From NCBI GenBank assembly GCA_036149055.1, contig JAYZQJ010000038.1:12343-76342 (forward strand): DNA of 64,000 nucleotides, given 5' to 3'. Source of the DNA: Myxococcota bacterium (lineage in GTDB: Bacteria; Myxococcota_A; Polyangia; Polyangiales; Sandaracinaceae). A model generated the notes under the pieces. It searched no databases. It saw nothing but the letters and a program-made list of their open reading frames with translations, and was not told the DNA's origin. Shown here one piece after another: positions 50,977 to 61,337 of the stretch. Position 1 is the first letter of the stretch. The number at the start of each line of letters is the position of its first letter. Position numbers and translations under genes: made by a program.

Positions 50977-51017
50977 GCCGGGGTCATGCGGTCACGTTAG
51001 GCTCGCGGCCCCCGGAG

Positions 51018-52020
<1,003 letters not shown>

Positions 52021-52028
<8 letters not shown>

Positions 52029-53010
52029 GATCCGGTACCGCGAGGCGCTCCGAGAGGCGATGGCCGAGGAGATGCGCCGGGACGAGAAGGTCTTCCTCAT
52101 GGGTGAGGAGGTCGGCCACTACCAGGGCGCCTACAAGGTGACCCAGGGGCTGCTCGACGAGTTCGGCGACGAGCGCGTGGTCGACACCCCGATCGCCGAG
52201 GCGGGCTTCGCCGGCGTCGCGGTCGGCGCGGCGATGTCGGGCCTCCGCCCGATCGTCGAGTTCATGACCTGGAACTTCTCGCTCGTCGCGTTCGACCAGA
52301 TCGTGAACAACGCGGCCAAGATGTACCAGATGAGCGCCGGGCAGTTCCCGGTGCCGGTCGTCTTCCGCGGGCCCAACGCCTCCGCGCGCCAGGTGGCCTC
52401 GCAGCACAGCCACGCGGTCGAGGCGTTCTACGCCAACGTGCCCGGCCTCCACGTCGTCTACCCGTCGACCCCGCGCGACGCGAAGGGCCTGCTCAAGACG
52501 GCGATCCGGAGCGACAACCCGGTCGTCTTCCTCGAGGGCGAGACGCTCTACAACGCCAAGGGCGAGGTCCCCGACGAGGACGAGGACGAGCTGATCCCCT
52601 TCGGCAAGGCGCGCATCGCCCGCGAAGGCACGGACTGCACGATCGTGGTCTGGGGGCGCCCCTACCAGGCGGCGCTGAACGTCGCCGACGAGATGGAGAA
52701 GGAGGGCGTGTCCTGCGAGGTGATCGACCCGCGGACGCTCCGTCCCCTCGACCACGAGACCATCGTCGAGTCGGTGAAGAAGACGAACCGCTGCGTCATC
52801 GTGCACGAGCACTGGCCCTACGGCGGCCCGGGCGCGGAGATCGTCGATCGCATCCAGCGCGAGGCGTTCGACCACCTCGACGCGCCGGTCCTCCGGGCCC
52901 ACAACCTCGACGTGCCCATGCCCTACGCGCTGCACCTCGAGGAAGAGGTCATCGTGGGCGAAGACCGCATCCGTGATGCGGTGCGCAAGGTCTGTTACCT
53001 CGATCGGTAA
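52021..53010 (+). CDS. pdhB: Pyruvate dehydrogenase E1 beta subunit
   Basis: MGEEVG.YQGAYKVT, DTPIAE, EFMTWNF and VFRGPN..QHS motifs. Confidence 0.95.
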
Positions 53011-53019
53011 GGAGCTCCC

Positions 53020-54276
53020 ATGGCCAAGATCGTCGGACTGCCGAAGCTCTCGCCCACGATGGAAGAGGGCACCCTCGCGCGGTGGGAGAAGTCGGAGGGC
53101 GACCGCGTCGCGGTCGACGACCTCATCGCGGAGATCGAGACGGACAAGGCCACCATGGAGTGGCGCGCGTTCGATCCCGGCGTGCTGCTGAAGCGGCTCG
53201 TCGAGGAGGGCGCGGTCCTCGAGCCGGACGCCCCGGTGGCGATCTTCGGCGAAGAGGGCGAGGACATCTCCGCCCTTCTGGAGGAGCTCGAGTCGGGCGG
53301 CGCGAAGGCGGAGACGCCGCCCGCCGAGCCGGCCGCGGAGTCGGCGCCGAAGGCCGACGCCGAGAAGGAGCGCCCGGCGGCGCCCGAGCCCAGCGCGCCT
53401 CCGAAGCAGCCCGCCCGGAGCGACGGCCGGGTGCTCGCCTCGCCGCTGGTCCGCAAGCTCGGCCGCGAGCACGACATCGACCTCAGGGCGATCGAGGGCA
53501 GCGGCCCCGGCGGACGCATCATCAAGCGCGACATCGACGACTACCTCAGCCGCCCACGCCCGAGCGCGCCGGCGCGCGGGGAGCGTCGCCCGCCGCGGGT
53601 CGAGAAGCTCACCTCGATGCGCAAGACCATCGCGCGCCGGCTCACCGAGTCGAAGCAGACGGTCCCGCACTTCTACCTCACCATCGACTTCGACGCGGAG
53701 CCCATCCTCGCGGCGCGAAAGCAGATCAACGAGGCGCTCGCGAAGGACGGCGAGAAGTCGTCGATCAACGACTTCATCCTCAAGGCGTGCGCCGCGGCGC
53801 TGCGCGAGGTGCCGGCCGCGAACGCGAGCTTCATGGGCGACGCGATCCACTACCACGAGGTGGTCGACATCTCGGTGGCCGTGGCGGTGCCCGACGGGCT
53901 CGTCACCCCGGTGCTGCGCGACGCCGATCAGAAGGGCATCCGAGAGATCGCCCGAGAGGTGAAGGAGCTCGCCGAGAAGGCGCGCAACAAGAAGCTCACC
54001 CTCGAGGAGATGCAGAACGGCACCTTCAGCGTGTCCAACCTCGGCATGTACGGCATCGAGGAGTTCTCGGCGGTCATCAACCCGCCCGAGGGCTGCATCC
54101 TCGCGGTCGGCACCCTCCGCGAGGAGCCGGTGGTGAAGAACGGCGCCATCGCGCCGGGGAAGCGCATGCGCGTGACCCTCAGCTGCGATCACCGCGTCGT
54201 CGACGGCGCCGTCGGCGCGGAGTGGCTCGCCGCCTTCAAGCGCATCATCGAGTCTCCCGTCCTCATGCTCATGTAA
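53020..54276 (+). CDS. pdhC: Dihydrolipoamide acetyltransferase E2
   Basis: Lipoyl IETDKATME; E3-binding ASPLVRK..GSGPGGRI; catalytic DHRVVDG. Confidence 0.95.
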   Translation: MAKIVGLPKLSPTMEEGTLARWEKSEGDRVAVDDLIAEIETDKATMEWRAFDPGVLLKRLVEEGAVLEPDAPVAIFGEEGEDISALLEELESGGAKAETPPAEPAAESAPKADAEKERPAAPEPSAPPKQPARSDGRVLASPLVRKLGREHDIDLRAIEGSGPGGRIIKRDIDDYLSRPRPSAPARGERRPPRVEKLTSMRKTIARRLTESKQTVPHFYLTIDFDAEPILAARKQINEALAKDGEKSSINDFILKACAAALREVPAANASFMGDAIHYHEVVDISVAVAVPDGLVTPVLRDADQKGIREIAREVKELAEKARNKKLTLEEMQNGTFSVSNLGMYGIEEFSAVINPPEGCILAVGTLREEPVVKNGAIAPGKRMRVTLSCDHRVVDGAVGAEWLAAFKRIIESPVLMLM

Positions 54277-54280
54277 CCCC

Positions 54281-54476
54281 TCGCTTCTTTGCGGCGCTTC
54301 GGGGGCAATTTGTCTCTCGCAGAGGCGCAGAGGGGCTGGGGGGCGGCGGGGTGGCGGTTCGCCGGCGCTCGGTGGGTCGCTCGCTTCTTTGCGGGCGCTT
54401 CGGGGGCAATTTTGCTCTCGCAAAGCCGCAAAGCCGCAAAGGGGCTGGGGGGCGGCGGGGTGGCGACTGGCCGGCG
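54281..54476 (+). repeat. Two tandem 100-bp copies of the same intergenic repeat family
   Basis: Units start TCGCTTCTTTGCGG at 54281 and 54381. Each has a TCTCGCARAG-CGCARAG core followed by GGGGCTGGGGGGCGGCGGGGTGGCG. Confidence 0.85.
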
Positions 54477-54668
54477 GTGTGAGGCGCGGCCGGCCGGGGT
54501 GGGGCGGCGTGGGGCGGCGTGGGCGTCGGGGCGGCTCGCTGCGCTCGGGGGTGGCGGCGGGTCGCTGGGCTATTCCTCCTCGCCTCCCACCTCCCTTCTC
54601 CCCTGAAAAGGAAGCCGTCGCCGACGAGCGGTAGGAAAGGCGTCGCCGACCCTCCGAGCGGAAGGGGA

Positions 54669-56081
<1,413 letters not shown>

Positions 56082-56190
56082 GCCCGCAGCTTGCGGCGCG
56101 CGCTCCCGGCCCGCCACCTCGATCCTGCGCGTGGGCTCCGGGGGACCCAAAACGGGATTCCACCGCCGTACCTGCGCTACGATGACCGTG

Positions 56191-57507
56191 ATGAAACTTT
56201 CCGCGCTCGCGCCGACCGTGGCTTGCCTTCTCCTCCTCGCGGCTTGCGACGACGGGACCCCGCCGCCTCCACCCCCGGTCGACTCCGGGCTCCGCGACAC
56301 CGGGGTGCGTGACTCCGGGCCGCCGCCGGACGGGAGCGTCGACCCGATGGACGCGGGCGACTCGAGCACCCCCCCGCCCCGCGACGCGGGGCCGCTGACC
56401 TGCAGCGTCTCGCCGGACGACGTGTTCAACCTCGCGGTCGACCCGCGCAGCGCGCCGCGCATCGTCGGCTTCGCGGCCGGGCCGGACGGCTTCGGCGTCG
56501 CCTGGAACGAGACCCGGGACGGCTTCCCCGACATCTTCGCGCAGCGCATCGGGTCCGACGGCATGCCCGGCGCCGAGGTGAAGCTGACCGACGACCCGAG
56601 CCAGGATCGCGCGCCCCAGATCACGCCGGTCGGCACCCAGTGGGTCGCCGCCTACGTCAGCAACGAGGGCACGACCGGGTTCGAGCTCCGCACCCAGCTC
56701 CTGTCCGCCGACATGACCCTGGTGGGCGCCGCGAACGTGGTGACCGACACGCCCGCGCAGCTCGAGGACAACCCGGTCTTCCTCGGCGGAGCCAGCGGCC
56801 TCCTGCTCTCGTGGGTCGAGGACGACATGGTCGCGCTGACTCGCAGCGGCCGCGCCCGCACGATCGCGGCGGACGGCACGGCGAGCGGCGCGGTGCAGAC
56901 CACGACCGCCGCCGCGAACCGGCCCGGCCAGATCGCGATCGGTGAGCTCGACGCGGGCCCGGTGCTCGTGTGGAGCGAGGGCGTCGGCGGCAGCGGCGAC
57001 GTGCTCATGCAAGGCCTCGACGCCAGCGGCGCGCGCCGCGGCGAGGTCAGCACGCTCAGCGTGGAGGGCAACGCGGACGGAACCGTCGACGCGGCGCTCG
57101 GGGTGAGCGGCGGCGCGGTCGTCTTCGGCGTGCTCGTCGGCGGCGTGCGGAGCGAGGTCCGCTTCCGCGCGCTCGACATGGAGGGCGCGTTCGTCGGCGA
57201 CGAGCGCATCCTCACCGAGGGCGCGGCCGTCGGCACCGACGGCTCGATCGCGCCCTTCGCCGGCGGCTACGTCGTGAGCTACCGGGCGCTGCCCGCCGGC
57301 GGCTCGCCGGCGCAGATCCGGGTGCTGCTCGTCGACGCCTTCGGCGACGTGCTCGAGACCATCCCGGTCGCCGACGCCGCGGAGAGCGGCGGCCGCACCA
57401 CCGTGCGGGTGACGGGGGACGGCCAGATCGGCGTGGCCTGGGCCGACGACGCGGACGCCGGCACGGAGATCCGCTTCGGCCTGCTGCGCTGCGGGGGTGG
57501 GGCGTGA
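56191..57507 (+). CDS. Putative lipoprotein with a Pro-rich linker and beta-propeller-like repeats
   Basis: Lipobox LLLLAAC-DD; poly-Pro and D(S/A)G linker; ~55-aa repeats (FGVAWNE, WVAAYV, LLLSWVE, PVLVWSE, YVVSY, IGVAWAD). Confidence 0.7.
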   Translation: MKLSALAPTVACLLLLAACDDGTPPPPPPVDSGLRDTGVRDSGPPPDGSVDPMDAGDSSTPPPRDAGPLTCSVSPDDVFNLAVDPRSAPRIVGFAAGPDGFGVAWNETRDGFPDIFAQRIGSDGMPGAEVKLTDDPSQDRAPQITPVGTQWVAAYVSNEGTTGFELRTQLLSADMTLVGAANVVTDTPAQLEDNPVFLGGASGLLLSWVEDDMVALTRSGRARTIAADGTASGAVQTTTAAANRPGQIAIGELDAGPVLVWSEGVGGSGDVLMQGLDASGARRGEVSTLSVEGNADGTVDAALGVSGGAVVFGVLVGGVRSEVRFRALDMEGAFVGDERILTEGAAVGTDGSIAPFAGGYVVSYRALPAGGSPAQIRVLLVDAFGDVLETIPVADAAESGGRTTVRVTGDGQIGVAWADDADAGTEIRFGLLRCGGGA

Positions 57508-58514
57508 GGCGCTGGATCGCCATCGCTCTCCTGCTCGGCGCCTGCGACGACAACCCGCCGGCGCCTCCTCCGCCTCCGCCCGCCGACAGCGGCGCCGCGC
57601 GCGACACCGGGGTGGTCGACATGGACGCCATGGTCCTCCCCGACGGCGCCCTGCCCGACGGCGCGCCGCCGGATCCCGACGGCTCCACGCCGACCGACGC
57701 CGACGTGCCGCGCGACGGCGCCCCTCCGCTCGACGGCGCGCCGCCCGACGACGCGGGCCCCGAGCCCGACGCCGGCCCGCTCGACTCGGGCATGATCGAC
57801 TTCTGCTCGATGATCACCCCCGGGACGCCCTGCGCGAGCAGCGCGAGCTGCGCGATGGGCGAGGTCTGCCTCGACAACGGGTGCGGGCAGATGCGCTGCT
57901 ACCCCGGCGGCCGAGGCTGCGCCGACGACATGGACTGCGCCTCCGGGAGCACCTGCATGGGCGTGTGCACGTCGTCGCCCCCCGGCAGCTGCGCCGACTC
58001 CCGGGACTGCCCGGCCGGCTTCAGCTGTGACGCCGGGAGCTGCGTCGACCGCCGGATCGGGTGCGGCGCGGCCGCCGCGTGTCCTTGGGGGTTCCTCTGT
58101 GAGGCCTCCGGGAGCCGGGGCGCCGCCTTCTGCGAGCGGGCCTACACCCGCTGCAGCTCGGTGGCCGCCTGCCCCTCCTTCGGCGACTGCCGTGATGTCA
58201 CCGGATCGGGGCAGACGATCTGTCACTGGAGCGGCGGGCCGTCGTGTCGGAACAACGCCGACTGCCCGGTGCTCGGCGAGGTGTGCGGCACCCACCCGGA
58301 GTTCATCGACGGCGTCTGCCAGCAGCAGGGGCCGTGCGCGAGCGCCGCGGACTGCGCGAGCGGCTTCGAGTGCCGCGATCTCTGGGGAGACGGGGTGACC
58401 GAGTGCGTCGCGACCGGCGGCAGCTGTCTGACCCAGGCCGACTGTCCGGCCGGCGCGATCTGCGGGGTCCCCCTCGCCGGCGGTGCCCCTCGCTGCATCA
58501 GCCGCCCGCTCTGA
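57504..58514 (+). CDS. Cys-rich repeat lipoprotein (EGF/Dickkopf-like repeats)
   Basis: GTGA overlap with the previous gene; lipobox LLLGAC-DD; repeated C-x5-C-x2-G-x2-C units. Confidence 0.75.
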   Translation: MRRWIAIALLLGACDDNPPAPPPPPPADSGAARDTGVVDMDAMVLPDGALPDGAPPDPDGSTPTDADVPRDGAPPLDGAPPDDAGPEPDAGPLDSGMIDFCSMITPGTPCASSASCAMGEVCLDNGCGQMRCYPGGRGCADDMDCASGSTCMGVCTSSPPGSCADSRDCPAGFSCDAGSCVDRRIGCGAAAACPWGFLCEASGSRGAAFCERAYTRCSSVAACPSFGDCRDVTGSGQTICHWSGGPSCRNNADCPVLGEVCGTHPEFIDGVCQQQGPCASAADCASGFECRDLWGDGVTECVATGGSCLTQADCPAGAICGVPLAGGAPRCISRPL

Positions 58515-58694
58515 CCGTGCCCGTCGTATGAAATCTTTTCAGACCCCCGCAATCACGACACAGCCCGACGCCCCCGACGCGCCTGAAAACGCAGTGATTT
58601 CAATCGCCAACAGCGGGTCCGATCGTTGCAACAGCGACGGGCTCACGAGGGGCGTCGGCATTCCGTCGGCGGAGATCAGTACCGCGGGGATCGA

Positions 58695-61187
58695 ATGATG
58701 CAGCGTTGGCAGCCTTGGGTTTTCGGTCTGCTCCTCGCAGGAGGATGCGCGATCGAGGCTCCTCCTCCCGAGGCGGACCCGAACCAGAGCCCGGACGTCC
58801 AGCCGATCGACGGCGACGCCGGAGACTGCGTGAGGCCCGGTGAGGGCTGCGCCTGTGACGCCGACCAGCCGCCCGTGGACTGCTACCTCGACGCGATCGA
58901 GAACCCCGACGGCTCGTTCACCTGCAACCAGGGCACCCGCTACTGCCGCGGCGGCGCGTGGACGGCGTGCGAGTCCGTGCGGAGCTACGAGCTCCGGAGC
59001 GCGCCCGGCACCTCGCCGCTCGTGACCGGGCCGAGCGCCTGCAACCCCTGCGACCCCGCCTGCGCGGTGAGCCGCGACGTCCCGAGCAGCCGCGACCTGC
59101 CGGGGCGCAGCACCGACGTCGAGTACGACCCGGGCGCCGGCGGCATCTCGCTCGAGGTGGACGGCTCGGGCACCGCGATGCTCCCGGACTCCGACGGCGA
59201 CGGCATCCCGGACGAGGCCGACGACTGTGTGGGCCCGGGCGCGATCCGCGCGGCCGACGGGAGCTGCTACGGCGACACCTTCTTCTTCCACGAGCTGCCC
59301 TACGGCGGCCCGGCGGAGATCGACCCGCTCGACGTGCGGGTCCAGGTGCGGACGGCGGACGTCTACTTCCTCATGGACACCACCGGGTCCATGGGCGGCG
59401 AGATCTACAACCTCCAGCGCGACCTGACGCGCGGCAGCTTCATCAGCGGCTGCGGCGGCGGCATCATCGGCGCGATCCGCTGCACCATCCCCGACGCCTG
59501 GTTCGGGGTCGGCAACCACGACGACTATCCGGTCTCGCCCTACGGCAGCGCGGGCAGCGGCGACGTCGTCTATCGGAACTTCCAGGACATCACCTCGAGC
59601 GTCTCCGCGTCGCAGAACGCGGTGAACCGCCTCCGCCTCCACTACGGCATGGACGGCCCCGAGTCGCAGAGCCAGGCGCTCTGGGCGGTGGCCAGCGGCG
59701 GCGGCCTCGGGCCCTACCTCAGCCCGCGCGGCAGCTGCGGCGGCGGGCGCTGGGGCTACCCCTGCTTCCGGCCGGGCACGATCCCGATCCTGATCCTCTT
59801 CACCGACGCGCCCTTCCACAACGGGCCCTACGGCTACAACTACGCGTTCGGCGGCGGCGGCGGCGGCGCCCTTCCGTCGGCCACCTACGTGAGCGGGAAC
59901 GACACCCGCTGGAGCGCGCGCTGGACCGGCGACGCGGCGACGACCTGGACCGGCTGGCGCGGCAACACCTGCTCGCATCGCAACGACTACGGCGCGCCCT
60001 GCGCGTGGGACAACTCCCGCGACGTCGTCTTCCGCTTCACCGTCTCGACTCGCCGCAGCATCACCCTCACGACCGAGGGCTCGAGCTTCGACACCGTGCT
60101 GATGCTGATGGACGGGAGCTTCCGCAACGTCGCCTGCGACGACGACGCCGGCCCCGGGACCACCTCGCGCATCGTGCGCACCCTCAACCCGGGCACCTAC
60201 TACGCCGTCGTGCTCGGCTACGGCTCGGCTTGCGGCAACTACCGCTTCTCGATCGGTGATCCCAGCCGCGCCGGCGGCGGCACGACCGGGTTCCCCGTCA
60301 CCTGGGGCCAGGCGGTCACCGAGCTCAACCGGAACGGCATCCGCGTCATCACCGTGCACTCGGGCGGCAGCTACGGCCGGAACGACGCCAACGCGCTCGC
60401 CGACGCCACCTCGAGCTACTCGAGCTCCGGCTCGCGCTACGTCTTCCCGATCAGCTCGAACGGCAGCGGCCTCGGCCGCTCGGTCGTCGACGCGGTGGTC
60501 GACCTCGCGAACTACAACCGGATGGACATCACCGCCCGGGCGACCGACGACCCCGGCACCGGGATCGACGAGCGCGGCTTCGTCGACTCGATCACCGCGG
60601 TCGGCTGGGGTCCCGGCAGCTGCGCCGGCGTCAGCGGCGGGCGGACCTTCGTGCAGTGTCTGCCGGGCACGCAGGTCGACTTCCGGATCGCGTTCCGCAA
60701 CGACATCGTCATGCCGACGGCGTCGCCGCAGGTCTTCGACTTCTTCATCGAGGTCGTGGGCGACGGCAGCTTCGTGCTCGACCGCATCCCGGTGCGCATC
60801 CTCGTGCCGCCGAACCGGCCGCTCTACCCGCCGGAGGGGCGCTACTGGCGCGACTACGACAGCACCCTGCACTGCGCCGAGAACGAGAGCCCGGACTGGG
60901 GCAACCTCACCTGGGACGTGGTCAGCATGCCGTCGGGCACGAGCGTGCGCTGGGAGCTCCGGGCGGCCGAGTCGCTCGCGGCGCTCCCCGGCACGACGCC
61001 GGTGACCTTCACCGCGCCCCCGACGAGCTCCCCGGTGGACATCGCCGCCCGGCTCGCGAGCGCCGGGGTGCCCAACGGGCTCGACTATCTCCGCGTCACG
61101 GCGGTCCTCCGATCCAACGCGGATCGGAGCGAGACGCCGGTGCTCCGCTCGTTCGAGACTCGGTTCGTCTGCGTCCCCACGGAGTGA
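58695..61187 (+). CDS. Cys-rich lipoprotein with an integrin-beta-like vWA domain, a TSP3-like Ca motif and an inserted PPC-like domain (paralog 1)
   Basis: Lipobox LLAGGC; DSDGDGIPD; DVYFLMDTTGSM (MIDAS); DGPESQ; LFTDAPFH; PPC-like DVVFRFTV..FDTVL..CDDD..LNPGTYY. Confidence 0.8.
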   Translation: MMQRWQPWVFGLLLAGGCAIEAPPPEADPNQSPDVQPIDGDAGDCVRPGEGCACDADQPPVDCYLDAIENPDGSFTCNQGTRYCRGGAWTACESVRSYELRSAPGTSPLVTGPSACNPCDPACAVSRDVPSSRDLPGRSTDVEYDPGAGGISLEVDGSGTAMLPDSDGDGIPDEADDCVGPGAIRAADGSCYGDTFFFHELPYGGPAEIDPLDVRVQVRTADVYFLMDTTGSMGGEIYNLQRDLTRGSFISGCGGGIIGAIRCTIPDAWFGVGNHDDYPVSPYGSAGSGDVVYRNFQDITSSVSASQNAVNRLRLHYGMDGPESQSQALWAVASGGGLGPYLSPRGSCGGGRWGYPCFRPGTIPILILFTDAPFHNGPYGYNYAFGGGGGGALPSATYVSGNDTRWSARWTGDAATTWTGWRGNTCSHRNDYGAPCAWDNSRDVVFRFTVSTRRSITLTTEGSSFDTVLMLMDGSFRNVACDDDAGPGTTSRIVRTLNPGTYYAVVLGYGSACGNYRFSIGDPSRAGGGTTGFPVTWGQAVTELNRNGIRVITVHSGGSYGRNDANALADATSSYSSSGSRYVFPISSNGSGLGRSVVDAVVDLANYNRMDITARATDDPGTGIDERGFVDSITAVGWGPGSCAGVSGGRTFVQCLPGTQVDFRIAFRNDIVMPTASPQVFDFFIEVVGDGSFVLDRIPVRILVPPNRPLYPPEGRYWRDYDSTLHCAENESPDWGNLTWDVVSMPSGTSVRWELRAAESLAALPGTTPVTFTAPPTSSPVDIAARLASAGVPNGLDYLRVTAVLRSNADRSETPVLRSFETRFVCVPTE

Positions 61188-61337
61188 TCCGTTCCAGCTG
61201 CGAAATTCCTTCGCAACATCGAAACACGATTGGCGCCGTATTCGGGATGATCCAGCGCAGTTTTGCGTGTAAGTGATCGGGTCCAGAGATTGCTGTCTGG
61301 TGACCGCCCCTCGAGGGCGGAGAGATGGGGATCGAGA

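Noticed and set aside
61230..61246. TTGGCGCCGTATTCGG as a sigma54 promoter
   Set aside because: It lacks the invariant GC at -12 (reads GG-N10-GG).
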